DNA of 33,569 nucleotides from Dicyema japonicum (Eukaryota; Animalia; Dicyemida): the NCBI GenBank assembly GCA_011109175.1, contig RDEW01000017.1, positions 1,166,539-1,200,107 on the forward strand, written 5' to 3'. A program made the translations under genes and the position numbers. Positions 24,050-33,569 of this stretch are shown here, in pieces. The stretch's first letter is position 1, and each line of letters opens with the position of its first letter. The notes below the pieces were generated by a model. It did no database searches. It was not told where the DNA came from and worked only from the letters and a program-made list of their open reading frames with translations.

Positions 24050-24330
24050 TTCAAAACAGAGTTTCAAGACAAAGGGTCACATTACAAGACGAAGGAACTA
24101 TTTACAAAACGAATGAGCCTATTGCGAAGTAAAAGAACATATAGTAACTCAAATCTTGAATAATTTCCACGCTGGACCTTGTACCCACATCATTTACATT
24201 ACATGCAGAAACTAAAAGAGTTTGTCATTCACATCATTGGTCCCTATATTTGAATCTGGATTATTTATGAAGGAAATAAGAGGGAAAGGACCTACTGTGG
24301 AAGAACTAACTTAGAAGGACCTACTATATT
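24050..24330 (+). repeat. Diverged copy of the 4290-4900 repeat family
   Basis: Shares cattacaagacga-, tggacct-gtacccaca, tcccta-att-gaatc-gg and ggac-tact-tgg-agaactaact motifs in the same order. Confidence 0.65.
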
Positions 24331-24467
24331 TGGACTTAATGGGTTATGTACACATTGGGCGTTTAATAATGAAAAAGATGAAAAAACTACTGCATCCCTT
24401 AATACTACAATTATTCGACGACTATTACATCTCAGACTACAACTACTCCAAATATATTGATTTTCTC

Positions 24468-24530
24468 GTGGCGTCATGTGGTTTACCTTTTGTGGTGGCG
24501 CTCAGTGTAATAATACACCAAAAAGAACCA
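24468..24530 (+). ncRNA. Putative HDV-like pseudoknot/ribozyme, copy C (63 nt)
   Basis: P1 GGCGUC/GGCGCU, P2 UGGUUU/GAACCA, P3 ACC-UUUUGU-GGU, P4 GUGUA/UACAC, J4/2 CAAAAA. Confidence 0.6.
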
Positions 24531-24610
24531 ATTGCTCTTCTCCATCCAGACTCTTTATGTCTGGATGGTATACCTCAACTGGAAACTCGAGATGTTGTTT
24601 GTTTCCCTGG

Positions 24611-24652
24611 ATTCTATTGCTTTCTGGAGATATTGAACAAAACCCTGGACCA
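24611..24652 (+). other. 2A/StopGo motif ILLLSGDIEQNPG|P
   Basis: Consensus D(V/I)ExNPGP, in frame with ATG 24476 and the start of the APE domain. Confidence 0.88.
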
Positions 24653-24910
24653 AAACACTTTTTTATTATGCAACTCAATGCTAACGAAATAAAAACAAAG
24701 ATTCTGGAGTTATGATGTTTATTAACGAAGCACAAGATTGACATCTGCCTTATCTAAAGTCAAAACTTTCTACAAAGAGTTCAACCCCACTTTTTCCTGG
24801 ATACATCTCTATCAGAAAAGATCGCATTGGATGTGTGTGGCGGGTTACTCAACACTATTAAAAACGGTTTATCCTTCCACGATGTGAGCTCGCAAGTGGA
24901 TGATTTAATT

Positions 24911-25173
24911 CTACACGACAAGACCGCGGATCAAATTTCTATTGATCTTATTAATGCGTCAGAACATCTTATTCTAATCAACATTTACATTCCACCGCCG
25001 GGATCCAGTCCTAATAACTATGTTCCGAAGCTCGACAAACTACACGACAAGACCGCGGATCAAATTTCTATTGATCTTATTAATGCGTCAGAACATCTTA
25101 TTCTAATCAACATTTACATTTCACCGCCGGGATCCTGTCCTAATAACTATGTTCCGAAGCTCGACAAACTACA
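24911..25173. repeat. Tandem duplication, 129-bp unit (in-frame 43 aa within APE)
   Basis: ctacacgacaagaccgcgg starts at 24911 and at 25040. Confidence 0.95.
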
Positions 25174-25337
25174 AGAAATTCGGAATTTGTTACTATGTGG
25201 GGATTTCAAAGCCAAACATCCGCAATGGCTTAGTACCAAGTTAGAGATAATTACCGACTCTATCGAATAAACGGTGATTCTTATTCCCGTATATCTTCAC
25301 AAGGACACCTATCAGAAGAAATGACAATAAAATGACA

Positions 25338-25504
25338 ACCCAACCTCCCCGATATATCCATTGATTCCACTAGGATAGGCCCGAAGATTTCATAGAACGT
25401 CTCCTACGATTTTCATAGTGNACCCAACCTCCCCGATATATCCATTGATTCCTCTAGGATTGCCCCGAAGATTTCATAGAACGTCTCCTACGATTTTCAT
25501 AGTG
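25338..25504. repeat. 83-bp duplication around a single N
   Basis: acccaacctccccg...catagtg starts at 25338 and 25422; N at 25421. Confidence 0.95.
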
Positions 25505-25758
25505 ATCATAATCCGATTATATTAAAACTGAGGACTGTGACATAAAATATTTATTAGAAGCTTATGTTTACCGAAATTGCAATACGCTCTTCGGAGTTTC
25601 TCCGTGAATCGGACATCTAGATTTTTTACTGTGCCTGGATCAGACGCTAAGTCAAAGAGTCGAGTCACTACTGAATTTACGAATGGACGTACTGAGTTGG
25701 ATACCTATACCTGATACAAAAAATTATTATTTCTGAACAAATTAAAGGCATTATGTAA

Positions 25759-26075
25759 ATCAAAAAAGTAGACTCCGTTCTCATTTTCGAAAACGATAGA
25801 TACACAGCTCAAAAAGTATCTTTAGCATGTTTTCCCGCAACAGTCAGCTTTAACCAAAACACTCAACTGTGAAGGATACAAATAGCCTGAATGTTTCCGA
25901 TCACAAGTCGACAGCANATCAAAAAAGTAGACTCCGTTCTCATTTTCGAAAACGATAGATACACAGCTCAAAAAGTATCTTTAGCATGTTTTCCCGCAAC
26001 AGTCAGCTTTAACCAAAACACTCAACTGTGAAGGATACAAATAGCCTGAATGTTTCCAATCACAAGTCGACAGCA
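25759..26075. repeat. 158-bp duplication around a single N
   Basis: atcaaaaaagtagactcc...gacagca starts at 25759 and 25918; N at 25917. Confidence 0.95.
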
Positions 26076-26289
26076 ATCTTCGATATAATTAAGCTAAAAA
26101 AGCTGTCCATAGAATAGGCCACATTCCACATTTTTTTCCAAGTACGTATAGATTAACCGAAGCATCAAGTTTACGAGATGAAGGATTCTCCCTGCAGTAT
26201 GGTCCCATGAATTTTTAATTTTCGGCATTTTAGCGTAATCACATCTTCGATTATTAAATTAATTATTATATTGAGCGACTTTAATAACT

Positions 26290-27060
26290 AGGTATTTTAC
26301 CTTATAAGATATGACCTCGAAACAATCAGTCCCACGATCCTAGGAGATTTTGATGATCCTCAATGTCATAAACTGGATATCAGCCAAATTTGTTGGAGAG
26401 TATATTTTAACATGTGTAACGCCCCAAGCAAAGTTTTGACCATAGCAAATAGGAATATCGTTATCCTTTCCATCGCAAAAAAGAAAAAACTAGTGGTGGC
26501 CAGAAGAAAAAGTGCATTTTTTAATGTCAAGTTGTTACCTCATGTCGGGACCAGCTATAAATTTGCTTAAAGGATGATAACCATCGATTCAGTGTCCAGA
26601 AATGCATTTTCATTAACACAAAATTAAGGTGAAAACGGAACAAGGTAGCTATTCTCACTGCATCGTCGTCAGAACGTTGCTAATTTTACCACATTGATAA
26701 ACATTCAACCAAGCATTTGTTAATTAATTTCTAGTCGTCTTGAAGCAGACCTCCAGTATCATATTGGTCTCAATTAACTCTTTCTTTTTCAAACCATATT
26801 TAGTGTGATTTCAGAATAATTCAGTCTTTTAGATCAATAAGAAAATGTCATCCTAATCGTCCACAGATCCAGAAATAAGAGATGTGGGAAAGTCAGAATA
26901 AACCAATTTTCAAACCATATTTAGTGTGATTTCAGAATAATTCAGTCTTTTAGATCAATAAGAAAATGTCATCCTAATCGTCCACAGATCCAGAAATAAG
27001 AGAAGTGGGAAAGTCAGAATAAACCAATTGCATCCACATTTGGTTGCGAATAATATTAAG
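26290..27060 (-). pseudogene. Possible decayed CLC chloride channel/antiporter fragment
   Basis: Ordered remnants YGLKIGLF../FPTSLISG../GRLG (cf. YGL...G.F.PSL..GA..GRL.G), VRI (cf. VRM), LDIK/NALFL and G*YPVYD...IVGLIVSRSYL (cf. first CBS domain GFPV...L.G.I.RS.L). Confidence 0.4.
26786..27029. repeat. Tandem duplication, 121-bp unit
   Basis: ttttcaaaccatatttagtg...aaaccaatt occurs twice. Confidence 0.95.
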
Positions 27061-27197
27061 GATACTAATAGCATCTATAGTCATCAAATGTATATTTAAA
27101 ATTACATTAACGGTTGACCTAATTTTACGGTCAAAGAGAAATATGACCTTTTTTTTATTTCAAGTAAAAAGATCATCGGAGATTGAAAATCTTTTAG

Positions 27198-27503
27198 TCC
27201 TGATAGATACGTAGCCTAAATCGCACAAAAAATTATTTTGTCATTAATTGATTACCTAATTCGATTTTTTAATATTTCACATAAAATCAATTCGAGAGAG
27301 CAAATGTTGGTCATTCGTTACTTAGAAAAATATCATCTATTTGATTCTAATCCTGATAGATATGTAGCATAAATCGCACAAAAAATTATTTTGTCATTAA
27401 TTGATTACCTAATTCGATTTTTTAATATTTCACATAAAATCAATTCGAGAGAGCAAATGTTGGTCATTCGTTACTTAGAAAAATATCATCTATTTGATTC
27501 TAA
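27198..27503. repeat. Tandem duplication, 153-bp unit
   Basis: tcctgatagata...ttgattctaa starts at 27198 and at 27351. Confidence 0.95.
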
Positions 27504-30345
27504 AGAAGCAAAAGATTCTCCCATCATACTCAGACTAACTACTTAATACTGTTTTGTGTTAACTTCACGTCTAATCCTCCAAAATAAGACAATTAAATTA
27601 CCTTGCAGAACTATTTCTGAAAAAAAAATTTCATTTACCCTGCAGTACTCGGGTTAGAAAAAGAAATAGATATCATCATAATTCAAAACTAAAATCCAGG
27701 TCATCCGCATATCATAATTCCTATATAGAAGTAGGACAATTTTTAGCACTCAAATTACGAAGAGCAGCTTCCAGATAGACAACAAAATTATTGGTTATTG
27801 TGAGTCAACTTCTGAAGAGTCAATGTGCGTAGCCTCTCTTCAGATTCACTTAAAATTTAATTTTTGCGCAAATTGACCTGTAATTAAACATTATTCAAAA
27901 GGTATTAAACTTTTTGACACAATTTTTAAACATTTTGATAAGGTTACTAAACATTAAAAAAAAGTTATTAAACATTTTTGACAAATTTATTAAACTTTAT
28001 GGTAAAATTATTAAACAAATCGGAAAACCATGTTAATTGTGTGAATTTAATTAAATTATTTTTTAATTTTATTTATTTAATCCAACACTTTAGTTAATAA
28101 AATTATTATTAATTATGACGACTGTATTTCATGTAGTAATTTTTATTTCTTGTGGTAATCGTATATTCATTATTTTGGTATTTAATCTCATAGATGTTCA
28201 CTTTTCTCGTGTTAAACTTGTCATTCGATATTTTGACATCACAGAATATATGCAAAAACGAATTAACAGTAACTAGAACTCTGTATTAAATATAATTTAT
28301 TAAGATATTGGATTAATTGTACCTATTCGATAACTGGCCTACCTGATTTTAAAGTAGTTGCATTAAGTGTTCAAAATGTTAAAATTAAACCTGATGTCAA
28401 ATTTTCATTATTGAGAATGAATTTAGATAGATTGTATTAATTATTAATTATTCATAGTCAATGTGATTATTATGATGAAAGTTTAAAAACTGTAGACAAC
28501 CAAACATTCCCACCTACCATTAAGATATTGTTACATATTTTTTTAAATTTATAGATATTTTTAATACTGTAATTCCCTCAAATTCATATCGATCGAATTT
28601 GCGGAAAATTTATCATTACTTTCTTAAGTGTATATATTTGTAATTAACGTAGATGGTTTCCTCGAGGAATAAGTGTAATTCAAATTTTTAAAATTACTTC
28701 CAACTTTATTATTTTTAATGAGTATTTTTAATAATAATAATATAGTGTTATCGTTTGCATCAATTCATTCAATAATCCAGAGGCGTATGATATTATATTT
28801 AGTATAGATATGAAGCAATAACTAATAGACAATTAGCTATCGAAGATAATAAATTGTATATGTTAGAAAATAATACATTTAGAAAATACGGCAGGCCGAC
28901 AAGTGAATATTTCAGTCTATTAATCTGCAGTTGCATTAAAAACAAGTATAATGTACTTGGAAATTGAGGAGTTCAATTAAACAATTAACTACTTAATCGT
29001 TCATTTTTCTGGGATATAAAATTGGTGTTAATTAATTCAAATTTATTATGATTTAATTATTATCCTGGTTGGACAACTGAATCACACAGCTATACTTTTG
29101 TCACTAAAAGAATAATTTCACTTAAAAAGACGATTACAGAAGGAATCGACTCTGATAGGTGTTAAAGAACAACGGTTTTCTTCTATTTATGCAAAACGGC
29201 GTATGCAATAACCTAATTAATCATATAAGGAATTAACTACTAGCTTTACTCACACACGATTATTCTCAATGAAGAGGAATATTTTCAAACAGTTGTGAAC
29301 GATGATGGGAGTATTGACTATATAAGGAGCATCGTCATTTTACTTCGAATACTGCAATATAAACCAAAATGGTGACATATAATGAAATATTTAGACCAGG
29401 TGAGTTAATACAACTCTCTTTGAAAGATTCCGAAACTGATCAAAACACTCCATGAAGACGAGGACGTTTATCTTCCCTACCCATAAAGAACACAGTAAAA
29501 CGAAGCACAAAATTAATAAAAACGAACCATACCCTCTTTCTAGAACACCAATTGGGGTGACCTTTATCAAAAACTCAAAAACAACACCAAACAGAACTGG
29601 ATCCTTCTCCACAAACTTACAGGTACAGCGACAGCTTGAATAACACCAAGTTCAACTTGAGAATGACATGCGCACAACATCTACGCTACGAGTTCCAGCA
29701 TCCCATTGAAGGTCCGTCTTACACGAACCTGGATCTGCTAAATCGTAACTAAAGCGGAGTTCAGCATGCATTTCAGCGGGGAGGTTCTCACAGAGATAAT
29801 CTTTGAGAAATTATTTTGAATAATTAACTCAAGGTTGTTCCGTTCACTCAAATCCTTGAAATCCAGTATAAAAAAGACACTCCTTGCGGCTAGGCTTGAC
29901 AAGTGACGCCGTCATCAGTGGAGATTCACTGCTGAACTGATAGTCAAAAGGACATACACACAAGAAAAAGAAAAAGCAAAGAAGTAAGAGCATTCCTTAG
30001 TTCCCCTTTTACGAATAGTTATAATAACTGTTCTTTACTTAAATAAAGTGTGTGTACTGCACGAGCGATACCCTAGGTATCTTACGTTTTATGGCAACGC
30101 GGGAGTGCTTAATTATTATTATTGCGGCTAGTCACAATGGAAGCTTTATTTCTACATTCTACCTAACATAGTTTCACTAGTGATCGTGCTATTATTTTCC
30201 AAAGTGTCGTTAAAACATAAGTGGCCATTTTTTATTTGGATTTTATTTGAGGTTACCAATTTTTCTAAACTTTTCTCTATTAAAATAGCAAAAACTATGT
30301 TCATGCCTCAAATAATGCAAGTTTCCAAATAAAAAAGGGAGAAAC

Positions 30346-30605
30346 CTTAGGTTTAGAGAAGAATCGGCTTGTGGAAAAATAACCCTAGGGATGACTTTAT
30401 TGTACCAAAATGAACCCACTAGTAGAAACATTGTATTTAAAGGGAAGGCCATGATGCTTACCACATGGGGAAAAAAACTTTAGGTTTAGAGAAGAATCGG
30501 CTTGTGAAAAAATAACCCAAGGGATGACTTTATTGTACCATAATGAACCCACTAGTAGGAACATTATATTTGAAGGGGAGACCATGATGCGTACCACATG
30601 GAGAA
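30346..30605. repeat. Diverged tandem duplication, 134-bp unit
   Basis: ttaggtttagagaagaatcggcttgtg...accacatgg starts at 30346 and 30480, with more substitutions than the other pairs. Confidence 0.9.
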
Positions 30606-30667
30606 AAATGCAAATCATTTTAAAATACCGCTATGACGTGTGCTATAGGAGAAACATGCAAATCATC

Positions 30668-30822
30668 GTTCCCATAGATCGGTCAGTCCCGACATTGTAG
30701 ACGAACGTTGTGCTAATTCATGACATTCAAATAGGTGATTTGTTATCAACACGTAGATGTTGCAAAAAGGACAGAGGATATCGTATGTTGGTAGAGAGAG
30801 GTGGTGCCCAGACTTATTTGTC
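30668..30822 (-). mobile_element. C-terminal CCHC zinc-knuckle fragment of an Ingi/I-type retroposon
   Basis: Reads YDILCPFCNIYVLITNHLFECHELAQRSSTMSGLTDLWER (CxxC-x8-H-xxx-C). Confidence 0.8.
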
Positions 30823-30824
30823 TG

Positions 30825-30910
30825 TTATTATTATTATTATCCCCAGGATCACTGGGTCTAAGAAAATGAAATAAAAGTTATCATCTAACTAAGTCATCCC
30901 AGGCCGACAA
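30825..30910 (-). mobile_element. Retroposon 3' terminus: stem-loop plus (TAA)n
   Basis: Minus strand reads ggcctgggatgact...agtgatcctgggga taataataataa. Confidence 0.6.
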
Positions 30911-31239
30911 AGGAGAGGACGAGTCTGTTGTGGTCGAGAGTCCTGAACAGCTTTTTTAATTGTATGTGGATCACGGTACATTCGAAGAAATACTACTTTA
31001 CCTGCGAGATCGAAAAAGTAGTACGTGTCTTGTGGATACTACAACGCGAGGAAGTACGGGTTGAATTACACATGTTGCGGGGGAGTTTTTTACCTCGGGT
31101 GTGTCCGAATTTCAAAATTGGCTGCGAGATCGCTTTACAAATAGTTCTGCGCATACTGTATGGATACCGACCTCGTTCGGTACCGTCATCCGGCTGAATT
31201 CAGTCATCCCTCTTATTCTTGACAAATCGAACCCTTTTT

Positions 31240-32240
31240 GTTACTTCTATCGGAGAGTCGGAAAGGTAAACGGATTCAACTGAGGATACCAAAGGCCGTT
31301 CGAATTCCCGCTGCTAGTTGCCTCACGTCATTAATTTATAAAGCCATCAGCACCAGCGACCAGGGCTCTTGGATACGTCTACTGAGCTTCGCACCTATGA
31401 CCCTAGGAATTTCTGCATCAGTGCAAGCTCGCAAGGATCACTGGTCTCAAAAATCAAGAAGAATACTTCTGCCGTTTTGGCCACTTCAACGCAGCAAGAC
31501 TCAGGAATCGAGCCTGAGCAAGCACTTCGGCGTAAAAAGTTGTCTTCAGAAGCTGGGTGTCAACAGGAAGATTCTAAAACATTTCAAGAGAGAGTAAACC
31601 GAAAACTGATTTAAGGAGACGTTAGCGCAGCTGTAAGAGTAGTATCTTATGACGAATCACTGTTTAAGACGTGCCTGGAAGACTTGGATTTACTGAGAAG
31701 GAAGCTTTCTGCTCCACCACCGAACCAGCGGAACTTGACAATGCCAAAAGACCTCCCGGCATTTACTCTCACGGAATTCGAATTAGTGCGTGGAATAAAG
31801 TCTTTTGCTACCAGTTGCTTCGGATGTCTTGATAGACTGCGCCCAATCAATACAAAGGACTTAACCTTTAAAGCTACTGCTGAAGCTGGCCGTGCCTTGT
31901 TAACGTCTATCACTTTGTTGCTCACTTGAATAGTTAATGGTGATATCCCAAAATTTGCTAGAGATCTTCTTTTTTGTGGACATCTATTGGCATTCCGAAA
32001 AGGAGAAAGGTGTCCACCAAATTTTTCCCTGTTAAACTGCAGAGAAATCCGCTTCTTACTGTTCTCTTTTTTTAAAATCGCTTGGATAATGATTTCCAAA
32101 TTCAGCAACGAACTTCGGGAAACTGAATGGTGGTTCCAAAGGATTTCTCTGGCAGTTGTCAGGGAGAACAGCCATTTCATTCTATTAGTTGGATTATTTT
32201 GATTTTCTGTTTCGTAATAAATTTTTTCCCAAAATAGAAA
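31240..32240 (+). mobile_element. Internally deleted CRE-clade non-LTR retrotransposon
   Basis: Reads RIPKAVR...W.RLLSF; GDVSAAVRVV; IKSF....G.D.LRP...KDL...EAGRALL; LLAFRKG. This N-terminal RT region joins directly to the C-terminal FQRISLAVVRENS. Confidence 0.85.
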
Positions 32241-32519
32241 AGTTTGTTTTTTTTATAAAACACGTTTTATTTAACAATAAAAGTTTTTAAATTTAAGAAG
32301 TAAGTACATTCTTGTTAATTAATCCAAGGAAATTAACCCTATGCATAGAAAATGTTCATGGCTTCTCGTTCTTTTTTTATGATTGTGAGCGAGTCTCATT
32401 GTTTCGAGAATCGTAGTTTGATAATATATGCCAACAAGTGAGAAATTGATTCGTTTTTGATACGAATTTTAAGTTCGTCATTTTTAATTCAATCGGGTCT
32501 TTTATTTCCCTTTACGTAT

Positions 32520-32638
32520 CAAACTAGGATGATTAGTTTGTTAGTTTAGTAACCCCAGCCTTACTAACTTGTAGGAGGCCAGAAGCTATTATGTAGGATG
32601 CAGCAGATCTTGGTCGCTCCCATAGATCGGTCAGTTCG
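32520..32638 (-). mobile_element. 3' end of the CCHC-type Ingi/I retroposon
   Basis: Reads LTDLWERPRSAASYIIASGLLQVS, followed by an imperfect ctggggttact...atcctag stem. Confidence 0.7.
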
Positions 32639-32639
32639 T

Positions 32640-32995
32640 AATTCGAAGTTGTGCATAGAATAAATTCTATTGTTCCAGTAGCTTCGGAGGTCTGGACAAA
32701 CTGCGCCCAAGCATGTAAAGGACTTAACCTCCGAAGCTACTGCTGAGGCTGGCCGTGCCTTGCTAACGTCGTCATTTTGATGCTCACTCTAATAGTTAAT
32801 GATGATATTCTAAAAATTGAATAGAGATTTTCTTTTTTGTGGACATTTATTGGTATTTCGAAAAGGAGATGGAAGTGTCAGTCCAATTGCGATCGGTACA
32901 TACATTTAAAAGCTTGCTGCTAAAATCTCTGCCCGGAGAGTTTCCCTCAATATTGCTGAAGAGCTGTTTTTGACTCAACATGGGGTGGGAGTGAC
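32640..32995 (+). mobile_element. Second CRE-clade RT fragment
   Basis: Reads GGLDKLRP...EATAEAGRALLT...FRKGDGSVSPIAIG...LAAK...QHGVGV; paralog of 31775-32005. Confidence 0.85.
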
Positions 32996-33569
32996 CGATC
33001 AACGGATTTTTCAAATATCAGGCAGAAAATGACATTGGATTTCGACATTCTAATAGTTGCCTTTAGAATCAAAAATGACCTTAAAAGTGAATTAAATTGC
33101 CCTAAAAATTAAATTGTTGACTTAAAAGTTACTTAATATAAGGTTAATTTTATTTGTTAGATTAGAGTTAAGGTTAATTTTTATTTGTTAGATTAAAAAC
33201 TAAATTAAAATGATCTCTTGAATATTATTCAATTAATTTGACCTATGAGGACCATTCGTCAAAGCTTAACATCCTTTCGCATACAAATTCAATATTGCTA
33301 ATTCAAAGTTAATTCTTTCATACTTTTCTATCCTCATAATAATTCACGAATATTAAACCACTCATATCTGCTGAAACTTTATCGTTGACCTTAGCAAGGC
33401 TAGCCTAAAAAGAGTCTATTATATTACGGAACGATATATTTCTTAGGGTACCACCATCCAATGTCTATAGAATCCAATATACGCATGAACCGTGGAACGT
33501 ATTGTTTTGACTACGAAGATTTAGTTTTTCGTCCGATATGTGCTTGTGTGGGATCGAGGGAGCAACATC

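Larger units (their letters stand above)
24468..25530 (+). mobile_element. 5' fragment (copy C) of the Ingi-like retroposon: structured leader, 2A and decayed APE domain
   Basis: GTGGCGTCATG start; ILLLSGDIEQNPGP; MQLNAN; GGLL; NIYIPPPGS; CGDFKAKHPQW; SDHNPII at ~25500. Confidence 0.9.

Noticed and set aside
24827-25270. Novel APE with an internally duplicated 43-aa module
   Set aside because: The copy is already dead, and the duplication resembles the other read-length duplications that are probably assembly artefacts.

Overview
AT-rich eukaryotic DNA with very small introns; no intact protein-coding gene is visible. The window is mostly decayed transposons: Ingi/I-group APE-RT retroposons, CRE-clade and RTE-type non-LTR fragments, and a Tc1/mariner relic. 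It also holds degenerate host-gene fragments (Brr2/SNRNP200 clearly; a CLC channel and an eIF4A-like helicase tentatively) and many 80-160 bp tandem near-duplications, several probably assembly artefacts. The main signal is a compact (~2.9 kb) single-ORF retroposon family. Its three divergent 5' ends (11099 +, 19734 -, 24468 +) all start with GTGGCGT and fold, with compensatory changes, into an HDV-ribozyme-like P1/P2/P3/P4 pseudoknot with an unusual variable P3/L3. In two copies the AUG lies inside this fold. The frame runs through the fold and a second conserved hairpin into a 2A (StopGo) motif just before the APE endonuclease. The 3' end is a stem-loop plus (TAAA)n, and related stem-loops end other elements here. 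All family assignments come from motif recognition by eye, not database searches.
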